64,000 nt of DNA, from positions 109,045,379 to 109,109,378 of the forward strand of contig NC_092377.1 in the NCBI RefSeq assembly GCF_030028105.1, written 5' to 3'. The DNA comes from Mobula birostris. Lineage: Eukaryota. This document shows, in pieces, positions 1 to 12,859 of this stretch. The translations under genes were made by a program, and so were the position numbers. Below the pieces are notes generated by a model, which was not told where the DNA came from, searched no databases, and saw only the letters and a program-made list of their open reading frames with translations. The number at the start of each line of letters is the position of its first letter. Within the stretch, counting starts at the first letter, position 1.

Positions 1-229
1 TACTTGACAAGTGTGAGGTGATGGATTTTGGGGCGTTGAATAGAAGATAAAGTGACATGACAGTTAGAAGCAATGATGTCCAGAGGGATCTGCCTGAAAG
101 TAGTTCCCAAGTGCATGACCTGCCTACATCCACTGTGGCATTGAGTAGAATATTTATCAGGTGGTCTCGCTGCAGTTGTATACACCTTTAAGCTAGACTT
201 ATTTGGAGTATAGTGTGCAGTTTTAAAAC

Positions 230-1620
230 CAGAATAAGAACAATGCAGTACAAGAACAGGCTGCTCGGTCCACAATGTTGTGTCAGACCAAGTAAATTAG
301 TAATCAAATGCAATCCCAACTAATCTCTTCAGCTCACACAATGTTCTTATCCTTCCACTTTCCTCACATTTGTGTGTCTACTGAAACAACTCTTAAAAGT
401 CTCTAATGTTTCTGCCTCTAACACCACCCCAGACACCGACCATTCTCCATGTGAAAAAAAAATTGCACCTCAAACCTCCTTTGAAATTGCCTCTTCTCAC
501 CTTAAGTATATGCCCTCTGGTATTAGGCATTTCAAAGATATTGTCTGTCTGCTCTATCTCTGCCTCTCATAATCTTGTCAGATCTCCCCTCAGCCTCTAC
601 TGCTCCAGAGAAAACAACCAGTTTGACCAACCTCTCATTATAGCAGATGCCCTCTAATTGAGGCAATACCCTGGTAAACCTCTCCTGCACCCTCTCCAAA
701 GCCTCGACATCCTCCCTATAATAGAGCAACCACACTATGCAATACTCCAGATGTGGTCTAACTAGTGTTTTTTAAAGCGGTAACATGACTTCCTGACTTT
801 TCAACGCAGTGCGTCAACCTATCAACCTGTGTAGCCACTTTCCGGGACCTATGAATTTATATCCCAAGATCCCTCTGATCATCAACGTTTGACCCACCAA
901 GGTGCAACACCTCACATTTAGCCGGGTGAAACTCCATCTGCCATTTCTTTGCCCATATCTGCAACAGTTCTATATCTCGTATTCTTTGCCAGTCTTCTAC
1001 GCTATCCACACCTCCACCAATCTTCGTATCATCTGTGAGCTTACTAATCCACCCACCTGCATTCTCATTCAGGTCATTCCGCCTGTCAATCAAGTTTAAA
1101 CCATCCCGAGAAGCTCTAATGAACCTCCCAACAGGATATTGGATCCTCTCCAGTTTAGGTCCAACTTATCCCCCTTGTACAGGTCACCCCTGCCCCAGAA
1201 AAGGTTCCAGTAATCCAAGAACATGAAACCCTGCCCCCTCAGCCACTCATTCCCTGTTGTGTCTTTCAATCCCTGCCCTGACTAGCTCATGGCACCAGGA
1301 GTGATCCAGAGATTACTACCCTTGAGGGTCCTGTTCTTCAGCCTTTTTCCTAACTCCCTGTACTCACTCACTGGGCAGGACCGCTTCCCCCTTCCTACCT
1401 ATGTGATTGGTGCCAAGGTGCATCAAGACCTCTGACTGCTCACTCTCCCCCTTGAGAATATTCTGCAGCCGTTCCGAGACCTCCTGGACCCCAACACCTG
1501 GGAGGCAACACCCCAACCTGGATTCTCTTTCGCAGCCACGGAATCTCCTGTCCGTCCTATTAGCTATCAAGTCTCCCATCGCTATCGAACAACCTGACTT
1601 TCCCTTCTCTACTGAGCTTC
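230..1620 (-). mobile_element. Degraded CR1 LINE fragments (3' end, RT C-terminus, ORF1 esterase-like remnant)
   Basis: Minus-strand peptides ISKLTDDTKIGG, WQMEFHPAKCEVLHLG, ALERVQERFTR and RRFRGCERESRLGCCLPG match the CR1 at 4414-8180. Confidence 0.75.
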
Positions 1621-1689
1621 AGAGCCAATGGGCTAGCTGCTGCTGCTGTCCCCTGATAGGTCACCCCCCACCCTCCCCCATTTAAATCA

Positions 1690-2195
1690 CTACATTATTG
1701 AAGGGATGTGGAGGCTTTGGAAAAAAGGTTGCAAAGAGGTTCATCAGGATATTACCAGGATTGTGGTGTGTTAGCTACGTGGAGAGGATGGATAAACTTG
1801 GCTTCAGAATCCGAATCAGGTTCATTATTATTGACGTACGTCGTGAAATTTGCTGTCAAGAGTATCAGAGGACAATTGAGGAGCTGGTAGCTGAGAAGCG
1901 TGGACAGGTAGACAATCAGACCTTTTCCCAGGATAGAAATGTCATCTGCAGGGCTTAAGGTGAGAGGTGGAAAATTTAAAGGTAATTTAAAGCAAATCTT
2001 TTTACAAAGAGCGTGGTGGCGTCTGCAATGTGTTGTCGGGGAGGTCGTGGAAGTAGATATGAGAGGTATTTAGATAGACACATGTAGAGATGGGGAATGG
2101 CGAGATATGGACCATGTACAGACAGCTGGGATTAGTTAGATTGGCATCATGGTTGATACAAACAATACACTGAAGGGCAGGATCCTGTACTATAC
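1690..2195 (+). mobile_element. CR1 LINE 3' fragment with a small nested insert
   Basis: GATGTGGAGGCTTTGGAAAA..GTTGCAAAGAGGTTCATCAGGAT and a CR1-type 3' UTR ending in CTGTACTATACTGATCCATGTTC. Confidence 0.6.
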
Positions 2196-2279
2196 TGATC
2201 CATGTTCGAATCCTGACGCCCCCCCCCCACCCTTCAGAAATATTCCCATCACTCATCTACCCCCTACCCCATGCCCCAT

Positions 2280-4082
2280 CTTTTGTGTCTCTCTTTGTGA
2301 GGTTCGCAGTCTGCTGAGGACTGAATCTGTGGTGTTCAAGACCGGTGATCCACAACTCCACAAAATGTCCAAATATGACTTACGGAAGCCGATCTTAAGC
2401 GTGAAAATGCACATCTGTGTGAAGTTAGAAATGGAATTGGATGTACGTCTGCTCTGGCAAGGTTTGCAGGCCATTGCTTCTTACAAGGTGAAACCTAACG
2501 TCATAAATGGGTGTGATGCTTCGCTCCCTGATGAGCTCATTGCCTTTCATGCACACTTTGAAAGGGAGAATGAAACTGTTCCTGTTCGAATCTGGTGAGC
2601 CTGTGATATTTGTCTCAGAAGGCAATGTCAGAACCATCGTTCAGGAGGGTGAACCCTTGCAAGGTGTCAGGCCCTGATGCTGTACCTGGTAGGCCACTCA
2701 ACACCTGTGCCAGCAAACTGGTGGAGGTGTTCCAGGGCATCTTCAGTTGCTCATTGCTGCAGTCGGAGGTTCCCGCTTGCTTCAGAAGATCACACCAGTG
2801 CCCAGGAAGAGCTGTCTCAATGACTATTGCTCAGTAGCACTCCTGTCTACTGTGATGAAGTAGATGCTTTGAGAGGTTGAATTTGCTTGGCCAGATTCAA
2901 CTCCTGCGAATCAGGGAACTGGAGCTGCTGCAATTTGCCTACCTCCTCAAAAGGTCTTCAGCAGATGTAATCTCACTGGCTCTCCGTTCAGCCACGGATC
3001 ACCTAGAGAACTGGAATACCTGTATCAAGCTGATTACAGCTCAGCATTCCCTCAGTAACAGTCAACAAGTTTCAAAACTTGGGCCTTTGTACCTCCCTCT
3101 GCAACTAGATCCTTGACTTTGTCATTGGGATATCACAGTCTGAGCATGTTGGAAATAACATCTCCTCGCTGACAGTCAGCACAATGCACCTCAGGGATAT
3201 ATGTTTAGCTTGCTGCTGGACACCCTCAACACTCACGACGATGTGGCTAGACACAGCTCAAAGGCCATCTTTAAATTAGCTGATGACACAACTGTTGTCG
3301 GTAGAATCTCAGACGGTGACGAAGAGATGTACAGGAGTGAGATAGTTCAGCTGGTTGAGTGGTGTCGCAGCAACGGCCTTCTTCTGTAAGACCAAGGAAT
3401 TGATTGTGGACTTCAGGAAGGGGAAGTTGAGGGAACACCCACCAGTCCTCATCGTGGGGTCAGTGGTGCAAAGGGTGAGCAGTTTTTAATTCCTGGGCCC
3501 AACATATTGATGCAATTATGAAGAGAGCACACCAGCAGTTATATTTCATTAGGAGTCTGAGCAGATTTGGTATGTTACCAAAGACACTCAGAAATTTCTA
3601 TAGATGTACCGTAGAGAGCATTCTAAGTGGCTGCATCACCCTCTGGTATGGAGCAGCCATCGCAACAGGATTGGAAAAAGCTGCGGGAAGTTGTAAACTC
3701 AGCCAGCTCCATCATGGCCACTATCCTCCCACATCGAGGATACCTCCAAATGCGATGCCTCAGAAAGGCACTATCCATCACCCAGGACCCCCACCATGCA
3801 CCACCCAGGACCCCCACCACCCACCACCCAGGACACGCCATCTTCTCATTACAGCCATCAGGGAGGAGATGCAGGAGCCTAAAGACACATTTTAGAAACG
3901 GCTTCACCCCCTCACCATCAGATTTCTGAACGGACAATGGGCCGATGAACACTACCTCACTATTTCTGCTCTGTCTCTGCACAAATTATATATTGCTATA
4001 TATATTTTTTATAGTATATTTTATGTATTGCACAACAAATTCCATGATACATGTCAATGATAATGAACCAGATTCTGATTCC
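2280..4082 (+). mobile_element. Rex1/Babar-like LINE, degraded RT and 3' tail
   Basis: Peptides RVNPCKVSGPDAVPGR, IFKLADDTTVVGRISDGDE and KRAHQQLYFIRSLSRFGM..FYRCTVESILSGCI; tail AACCAGATTCTGATTC; many frameshifts. Confidence 0.75.
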
Positions 4083-4413
4083 CATTTCCTGGAAAGGGCT
4101 TTGGCCTGAAATGTTAACCGGATTTCGTTTTGTATAGGAGCTGCCTGATCTGCTGTGTATTCCCAGCACGTTGTCATTTGCATAGCCTGCTGTGGTGGAA
4201 CAGTTCCGCCTGAGCTTGTCTCTGCAGCTGGTTCAGACATGAAAATGTTGGGCCTGTGAGCGCAGGCTGACAGTGGCAAGGGAGCACTTGCTGACGTTTT
4301 ACAACAGGACAAGGGTCGTGTGCGCTTACAGCTCCTTCCCTTGCTCGCAGTTGCTCATTCAAGGTATTTTCCATTTGGCCTGAGGTGGGTTATTTGAAAC
4401 AGCTGGTAATAAG

Positions 4414-7400
4414 AGAACATAGAAACATAGAAAATAGGTGCAGGAGTAGGCCATTCGGCCCTTCGAGCCTGCACCGCCATTTATTATGATCATGGCTGAT
4501 CATCCAACTCAGAACCCTGTACCAGCCTTCCCTCCATACCCCCTGATCCCTTTAGCCACAAGGGCCATATCTAACTCCCTCTTAAATATAGCCAATGAAC
4601 TGGCCTCAACTGTTTCCTGTGGCAGAGAATTCCACAGATTCACCACTCTCTGTGTGAAGAAGTTTTTCCTAATCTCAGTCCTAAAAGGCTTCCCCTCTAT
4701 CCTCAAACTGTGACCCCTCATTCTGGACTTCCCCAACATCAGGAACAATCTTCCTGCATCTAGCCTGTCCAATCCCTTTAGAATTTTATTTCAATCAGAT
4801 CCCCCCTCAATCTTCTAAATTCCAACGAGTACAAGCCCAGTTCATCCAGTCTTTCTTCATATGAAAGTCCTGCCATCCCAGGAATCAATCTGGTGAACCT
4901 TCTTTGTACTCTCTCTATGGCAAGGATGTCTTTCCTCAGATTAGGGGACCAAAACTGCACACAATACTCCAGGTGTGGTCTTACCAAGGCCTTGTACAAC
5001 TGCAGTAGTACCTCCCTGCTCCTGTACTCGAATCCTCTCGCTATAAATGCCAGCATACCATTCGCCTTTTTCACCGCCTGCTGTACCTGCATGCCCACTT
5101 TCAATGACTGGTGTATAATGACACCCAGGTCACGTTGCACCTCCCCTTTTCCTAATCGGCCACCATTCAGATAATAATCTGTTTTCCTATTTTTGCCACC
5201 AAAGTGGATAACTTCACATTTATCCACATTAAATTGCATCTGCCATGAATTTGCCCACTCACCCAACCTATCCAAGTCACTCTGCATCCTCTTAGCATCC
5301 TCCTCACAGCTAACACTGCCGCCCAGCTTCGTGTCATCAGCAAACTTGGAGATGCTGCATTTAATTCCCTCATCCAAGTCATTATTGTAAACAACTGGGG
5401 TCCCAGCACTGAGCCTTGCGGTACCCCACTAGTCACTGCCTGCCATTCTGAAAAGGTCCCGTATATTCCCACTCTTTGCTTCCTGTCTGCTAACCAATTC
5501 TCCATCCACATCAATACCTTACCCCCAATACCGTGTGCTTTAAGTTTGCACACTAATCTCCTGTGTGGGACCTTGTCAAAAGCCTTTTGAAAATCCAAAT
5601 ATACCACATCCACTGGTTCTCCCCTATCCACTCTACTAGTTACATCCTCAAAAAATTCTATGAGATTCGTCAGACATGATTTTCCTTTCACAAATCCATG
5701 CTGACTTTGTCCGATGATTTCACCGCTTTCCAAATGTGCTGTTACCACATCTTTGATAACTGACTCCAGCAGTTTCCCCACCACTGACGTTAGGCTAACT
5801 GGTCTATAATTCCCCGGTTTCTCTCTCCCTCCTTTTTTAAAAAGTGGGGTTACATTAGCCACCCTCCAATCCTCAGGAACTAGTCCAGAATCTAACGAGT
5901 TTTGAAAAATTATCATTAATGCATCCACTATTTCTTGGGCTACTTCCGTAAGCACTCTGGGATGCAGACCATCTGGCCCTGGGGATTTATCTGCCTTCAA
6001 TCCCTTCAATTTACCTAACACCACTTCCCTACTAACATGTATTTCGCTCAGTTCCTCTATCTCACTGGACCCTCTGTCCCCTACTATTTCTGGAAGATTA
6101 TTTATGTCCTCCTTAGTGAAGACAGAACCAAAATAATTATTCAATTGGTCTGCCATGTCCTTGCTCCCCATAATCAATTCACCTGTTTCTGTCTGTAGGG
6201 GACCTACATTTGTCTTTACCAGTCTTTTCCTTTTTACATATCTATAAAAGCTCTTACAGTCAGTTTTTATGTTCCCTGCCAGTTTTCTTCTCATAATCTT
6301 TTTTCCCCTTCCTAATTAAGCCCTTTGCCCTCCTCTGCTGAACCCTGAATTTCTCCCAGTCCTCAGGTGAGCCACTTTCTCTGGCTAATTTGTATGCTTC
6401 TTCTTTGGAATTGATACTACCCCTAATTTCTCTTGTCAGCCACGGGTGCACTACCTTCCTTGATTTATTCTTTTGCCAAACAGGGATGAACATTTGTTGT
6501 AGTTCATCCATGCAACCTTTAAATGCTTGCCATTGCATATCCACCGTCAATCCTTTAAGTGTCATTTGCCAGTCTATCTTAGCTAATTCACGTCTCATAC
6601 CTTCAAAGTTACCCCTCTTTAAGTTCAGAACTTTTGTTTCTGAATTAACTATGTCACTCTCCATCTTAATGAAGAATTCCACCATATTATGGTCACTCTC
6701 GACCAAGGGGCCTCTCACGACAAGATTGCTAATTAACCCTTCCTCATTGCTCAAAACCCAGTCCAGAATAGCCTGCTCTCTAGTTGGTTCCTCGATATGT
6801 TGGTTCAAAAAACCATCCCGCATACATTCCAAGAAATCCTCTTCCTCAGCACCTTTACCAATTTGGTTTACCCAATCTACATGTAGATTGAAGTCACCCA
6901 TTATAACTGCTGTTCCTTTATTGCACACATTTCTAATTTCCTGTTTAATACCATCTCCGACCTCACTACAGGTGGCCTGTACACAACTCCCACCAGCGTC
7001 TTCTGCCCCTTAGTGTTACGCAGCTCTACCCATATCGATTCCACATCTTCCCGGCTTATATCCTTCCTTTCTATTGCGTTAATCTCTTCTTTAACCAGCA
7101 ACGCCACCCCACCTCCCCTTCCTTCATGTCTATCCCTCCTGAATATTGAATATCCCTGAACGTTGAGCTCCCATCCTTGGTCACCCTGGAGCCATGTCTC
7201 TGTGATCCCAACTATATCATAATCATTAATAACAATCTGCACTTTCAATTCATCCACCTTATTACGAATGCTCCTTGCATTGACACACAAAGCCTTCAGG
7301 CACTCTTTTACAACTCTCTTAGCCCTTATACAATTATGTTGAAAAATGGCCCTTTTTAATGCTTGCCCTGGATTTGTTGGCCTGCCACTTTTACTTTTCT

Positions 7401-8180
7401 CCTTAGTACTTTTTGCTTCTACCCTCACTTTACACCCCTCTGTCTCTCTGCACTGGTTCCCATCCCCCTGTTGTGAACTAACCTCCTCACACCTAGCCTC
7501 TTTAATTTGATTCCCACCCCCCAACCATTCTAGTTTAAAGTCACCTCAGTAGCCCTTGCCAATCTCCCTGCCAGGATATTGGTCCCCCTAGGATTCAAGT
7601 GTAACCCGTCCTTTTTGTACAGGTCACGCCTGCGCCAAAAGAGGTCCCAATGATCCAGAAACTTGAGTCCCTGCCCCCGCTGGCTCCTCACCCTCCATCT
7701 TCAGGATATCTTGGACGCGATCAGAAATATCCCGGACCCTGGCACCAGGGAGGCAAACTACCATCCGGGTCTCTGGACTGCGTCCACAGAATCGCCTATC
7801 TGACCCCCTTACTATCGAGTCCCCTATCACAACTGCCCTCCTCTTCCTTTCCCTACCCTTCTGAGCTACAGGGCCGGACTCTGTGCCAGAGGCACAGCCA
7901 CTGTCGCTTCCCCCGGGTAAGCTGTCCCCCCCCAACAGTACTCAAACAGGAGTACCTATTGTCAAGGGGCACAGCCACCGGGGTATCCTCTATTACCTGA
8001 CTCTTCCCCTTCCCCCTCCTAACCGTGACCCACTTGTCTGCCTCCCGTGGCCCCGGCGTGACCACCTGCCTGCAACTCCTCTCTGTCAACTCCTCACTCT
8101 CCCTGACCAGACGAAGGTCATCGAGCTGCAGCTCCAGTTCCGTAACGCGGTCCCTTAGGAGCTGCATCTCGATGCACTTG
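4414..8180 (-). mobile_element. Near-full-length CR1 LINE (5'-truncated ORF1 with coiled coil and SGNH/esterase-like domain; ORF2 APE endonuclease + RT), frameshifted
   Basis: ORF1: KCIEMQLLRDRVTELELQL and VVIGDSIVRG..VCLPGARVRD. APE: CVNARSIRNK, GITETWL, VIMGDFN, SDHNMVEF. RT: PGPDGLHPR, NYRPVSLTS, YLDFQKAFDKV, GVPQGSVLGP, FADDTKLGG. The 3' tail reads (AACATAGA)n on + at ~4416-4432. Confidence 0.95.
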
Positions 8181-8490
8181 GAGACAAAAGCAGACAAGAC
8201 CCTAGACTGCTTTTGTGCCATGACCTCCCCACAGAAGGGAACATTAATCTCGAAGTACAACTTGAAAGTCTCCAGGATTGTGATTTAAAGAGGGAAAACA
8301 ATCTGTTTTACATTGCTCAGTTTGTAACTCCAACGTTCCACAAGATTGGCGCTCAGCGTTCATCGATCCCACTGCAATATAAAAGGAACGCATGCTGGAT
8401 TTCCACCTGCTAGCGACACTTCAGCCCACCAGCATGCAGGAGTAGGGATTTGCTATGTAAAGTCACTACCCTTGCTTTCGACTTTTGCAA

Positions 8491-8549
8491 ATAATTCAGT
8501 GTCAAGGTGTGAATTGTCTAGATTGTAATTCAGTGATGTCAAGGTGTGA
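8491..8549. repeat. 37-bp minisatellite, left part (interrupted by the Penelope element)
   Basis: About 1.6 units of GTAATTCAGTGATGTCRAGGTGTGAATTGTCYACATT. Confidence 0.85.
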
Positions 8550-10882
8550 CGGGACATCAACCGTCTCGACTTCACCGCACCTGGTCCCCATTCCAACCTC
8601 ACTCCTTCAGAACGCTCTGCTCTCCACTCCCTCCGCACTAATCCTAACCTTATTATTAAACCCGCCGATAAGGGGGGTGCTGTTGTAGTCTGGCGTACTG
8701 ACCTCTACCTTGCCGAGGCACAGCGACAACTCGCGGATACCTTGCCTTATTTACCCCTCGATCGTGACCCCACTAAGGAGCACCAGGCCATTGTCTCCCA
8801 CACCATCACCGATTTTATCCGTTCAGGGGATCTCCCATCCACTGCTACCAACCTTATAGTTCCCACACCCCGCACTTCCCATTTCTACCTCCTACCCAAG
8901 ATCCACAAACCTGCCTGTCCTGGCCGACCTATTGTCTCAGCTTGCTCCTGCCCCACCGAACTCGTTTCTGCATACCTCGACATGGTTTTATCACCCCTTG
9001 TTCAATCCCTTCCGACCTATGTTCGTGACACTTCTTACGCTCTTAAACTTTTTGATGATTTTAAGTTCCCTGGCCCCCACCGCTTTATTTTCACCATGGA
9101 TGACCAGTCCCTATATACTTCCATCCCCCATCAGGAAGGTCTTAAAGCTCTACGCTTCTTTTTGGATTCCAGACCTAATCAGTTCCCCTCTACCACCACT
9201 CTGCTCCGTCTAGCGGAATTAGTCCTTACTCTTAATAATTTCTCCTTTGGCTCCTCCCACTTTCTCCAAACTAAAGGTGTAGCTATGGGCACCCGTATGG
9301 GTCCTAGCTATGCCTGCCTTTTTGTTGGGTTTGTGGAACAATCTATGTTCCGTGCCTATTCTGGTATCTGTCCCCCACTTTTCCTTCACTACATCGACGA
9401 CTGCATTGGCACTGCTTCCTGCACGCATGCTGAGCTCGTTGACTTTATTAACTTTGCCTCCAACTTTCACCCTGCCCTCAAGTTTACCTGGTCCATTTCC
9501 GACACCTCCCTCCCCTTTCTAGATCTTTCTGTCTCTGTCTCTGGAGACAGCTTATCCACTGATGTCTACTATAAGCTTACTGACTCTCACAGCTATCTGG
9601 ACTATCCCTCTTCTCACCGTCTCTTGCAAAAACGCCATCCCCTTCTCGCAATTCCTCCGTCTCCGCCGCATCTGCTCTCAGGATGAGGCTTTTCATTCTA
9701 GGACGAGGGAGATGTCTTCCTTTTTTAAAGAAAGGGGCTTCCCTTCATCCACTATCAACTCTGCTCTTAAACATATCTCCCCCATTTCACGTACATCTGC
9801 TCTCACTCCATCCTCCCGCCACCCCACTAGGAATAGGGTTCCCCTAGTCCTCACCTACCACCCCACCAGCCTCCGGGTCCAACATATTATTCTCCATAAC
9901 TTCCGCCACCTCCAATGGGATCCCACCACTAAGCACATCTTTCCCTCCGCCCCCCCCCCTGCATTCTGCAGGGATCGCTCCCTACGCGACTCCCTTGTCC
10001 ATTCGTCCCCCCCATCCCTCCCCACTGATCTCCCTCCTGGCGCTTATCCGTGTAAGCAGAACAAGTGCTACACATGCCCTTACACTTCCTCCCTTACCAC
10101 CCTTCAGGGCCCCAAACAGTCCTTCCAGGTGAGGCAACACTTCACCTGTGAGTTGACTGGGGTGATATACTGTGTCTGATGCTCCCGATGTGGCCTTTTA
10201 TATATTGGCGAGACCCGACGCAGACTGGGAGACCGCTTTGCTGAACATCTACGCTCTGTCCGCCAGAGAAAGCAGGATCTCCCAGTGGCCACACATTTTA
10301 ATTCCACATCCTATTCCCATTCTGACATGTCTATCCACGGCCTCCTCTATTGTAAAGATGAAGCCACACTCAGGTTGGAGGATCAACACCTTGTATTCCG
10401 TCTGGGTAGCCTCCAACCTGATGGCATGAACATCGACTTCTCTAACTTCCGCTAAGGTCCCACCTCCCCCTCGTACCCCATCTGTTACTCATTTTTATGC
10501 ACACATTCTTTCTCTCACTCTCCTTTTTCTCCCTCTGTCCCTCTGAATATACCTCTTGCCCATCCTCTGGGTCCCCTCCCCCTTGTCTTTCTTCCCGGAC
10601 CTCCTGTCCCATGATCCTCTCGTATCCCCTTTTGCCTATCACCTGTTCAGCTCTTGGCTCTATCCCTCCCCCTCCTGTCTTCTCCTATCATTTTGGATCT
10701 CCCCCTCCCCCTCCAACTTTCAAATCCCTTACTCACTCTTCCTTCAGTTAGTCCTGGCGAAGAGTCTCGGCCTGAAACGTCGACTGTACCTCTTCCTACA
10801 GATGCTGCCTGGCCTGCTGCGTTCACCAGCAACTTTGATGTGTGTTGCTTGAATTTCCAGCATCTGCAGAATTCCTGTTGTT
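8550..10882 (+). mobile_element. Penelope-like retroelement (RT + GIY-YIG endonuclease), 5'-truncated, with one frameshift and one nonsense codon
   Basis: Frame open from 8550: IKPADKGGAVVVW, FYLLPKIHK..PGRPIVS, GVAMGTRMGPSYA, YIDD. Frameshift ~9615, then VIYCV*CSRCGLLYIGETRRRLGDRFAEH (GIY-YIG). ORF ends at TAA 10455, followed by a CT-rich 3' region and a hammerhead motif. Confidence 0.93.
10750..10785 (+). ncRNA. Minimal type I hammerhead ribozyme motif in the Penelope 3' end (core A6>G variant)
   Basis: AGTC-CTGGCGA-AGAGTCTCGGCCT-GAAA-CGTC-GACT: stem I AGUC/GACU, palindromic ACGU stem III, GUC cleavage triplet. The core reads CUGGCGA rather than CUGANGA. Confidence 0.75.
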
Positions 10883-11043
10883 TGTGAATTGTCCTCACCG
10901 TAATTCAGTGATTTCGAGGTGTGAATTGTCCTCATCAGTAATTCAGTGATGTCAAAGAGTAGATTGTCCACATTGTAATTCAGTGATGTTGAGGTGTGAA
11001 TTGTCCACATTGTAACTCAGTGACGTCGAGGTGTGAATTGTCT
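10883..11043. repeat. 37-bp minisatellite, right part
   Basis: GTAA(T/C)TCAGTGA unit starts at 10900, 10938, 10975 and 11012 (period 37-38). Confidence 0.9.
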
Positions 11044-11384
11044 TCTAACCTGCTGGCGGTGCAAATTGGAGATCAGTTCCGAGTTAGGTCTAATCAGGTT
11101 GCAGCCTGCCATCTCCCTACCCTGGGTGTCGCAGTCTGATTACCCTCCGTCCTTTCTCGGGATGTATCTCTGGCAGTTCATAGTGGAGAATCTGCTCGTC
11201 AGCATTCAGACTGGGGCAGTTTGATGCCAACAGAGTGTTGGGGAGCGGGGGAAGGGGGTGGGTGGACAGATGTGTCTGACCTCATCCAGCCCTGATGTAG
11301 TCCAACGTGAGGGTGCTGCCGGACGCTGTGTTTTAAGCAGGAGCCAGTAATTAGAGAAGGTGAGGAGAGAGCTATTGGGTGATT

Positions 11385-12490
11385 GGAATCAGAATCTGGA
11401 TTAATATCACGTATATGTCATGAAATTTGTAGCTTTAATGCAGTTGTTTTCATGGTAATAATAACTATAAATCTCAATAAGAAATATATAAGTGTATATC
11501 AAATTAACTAAGTTGTGCAAAAAGAGAGCAAATGAGGACAAAATGAGTAAGGTAGTGTGCATAGTTTTGTTGACAATTCAGAAATGTGTTCGGTATGGGG
11601 AAGAAGCTGTTCCTGAATTGTTGAGTGAGTGTCTTCAGGCTCCTGACGGTAGCAATGAGAAGAGGGCATGTCCTGGGTGATGGGACCCTTAATGATGGAT
11701 GCCGCCTTTTTGAGGCATCGCCTTTGGAAGGTGTCCTGGATGTGGGGGAGGCTTGTGCCCATGTGGAGCTGGTTGAGTTTACAACTTTCTGCAGCCTTTT
11801 CCGATCCTGTGCAGTTCGTTCGTTCATCTTGTGCTGCGTTGTATGACATGGGTAATCATGGCCTTTCTATGACCATAATTGTTTTTCCAGAAGTGGATTG
11901 ACACTGGACACTGCCATCTTTTGGGTGACATTTTTACAAGGCAGGTGACCCCAGCCATTATCAACAGACTTCAGAGATTGTCTGCCTGGTGTCAGTGGTC
12001 GCATAACCAGGACTTGAGATATGCACCAGCTGCTCATATCACCATCCACCAGCTGCTCCCATGGGTTCACGTGACCCTGATCCCGGTGGGGGGGGGTGTC
12101 TAAGCTGGTGCTACAAGGGTGACCTGCAGCGTAGTGAAGGGGAAGGAGCACCCTACACCTCCTTTGGCAAAGACGTATCTCCACCCCATCCCCACCTGTG
12201 CAGTGGACCCCACATACCAGACGGTGATGCAGTTAGTTAGAATGCTCTCCACTGTACATCTGTAGAAATTTGTGTCTTGGCTGACATAACAAATCTCCTC
12301 AAACTCCTCATGAAACTTAGCTGCTGTCGAGCCTTCTTGGTAGCTGCATCAATATGTTGGGCCCAGAGATGTTGACACCTAGAAACTTGAAACTGCTCAC
12401 TCTTTCCACTTTCGATTGCTCAGCGAGAACTTGTGTGTGTTCCCTTGACTTCCCCTTCCTGAAGTCCACAATCAATTCCTTGGTGTTTTT
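11385..12490 (-). mobile_element. Rex-Babar-like LINE 3' fragment interrupted by an RTE-derived SINE-like element (~11845-12190)
   Basis: GAATCAGAATC tail on +; minus peptide AQDRKRLQKVVNS. The nested segment carries CCAGAAGTGGATTG..CTGCCATC typical of RTE/Sauria-type tails. Confidence 0.65.
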
Positions 12491-12859
12491 GTTCATAACA
12501 CAGCTGCTGTTTGAATGAACTATGTCCTTGTCTTTTTGTGTGTGTCCCGCCTTCTGCTGCCATCAGTCAAATCTTATCCCACCTCTGTCCACAGCTGGAC
12601 AGTTTCACCCCTCACCACTACACAGCCTAGCCGACACCTTCCATCCTGACCTCCACTCCAGCCAGCCGTTATAGCTCTCATGCCAACCCATGAAGTGCTT
12701 TGATGTGTTTTAAAGAATGCTTTTTGAAGGAAGCTGTTTTGGAATCCATTGGATTTAAAATCAGTGGGACTTTGAACTTTTAAATTGAAACAGTCTCCAG
12801 CGTTTTCCATTTTCCTTTCCTGAATAATGCACTCATTAACAATGTTTAAAACATTTTTT

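Noticed and set aside
7853-8260. 135-aa ORF as an intact CR1 ORF1 start
   Set aside because: CR1 similarity stops at ~8180; the N-terminal part is read-through from flanking DNA into a 5'-truncated element.
8550-10455. Penelope RT as telomerase or a domesticated host gene
   Set aside because: It has a linked GIY-YIG domain, 5' truncation, a frameshift, a stop and insertion junctions, so it is a transposon copy.
10883-11043. 37-bp repeats of CRISPR-repeat size
   Set aside because: The units are directly tandem with no spacers; this is an ordinary minisatellite.
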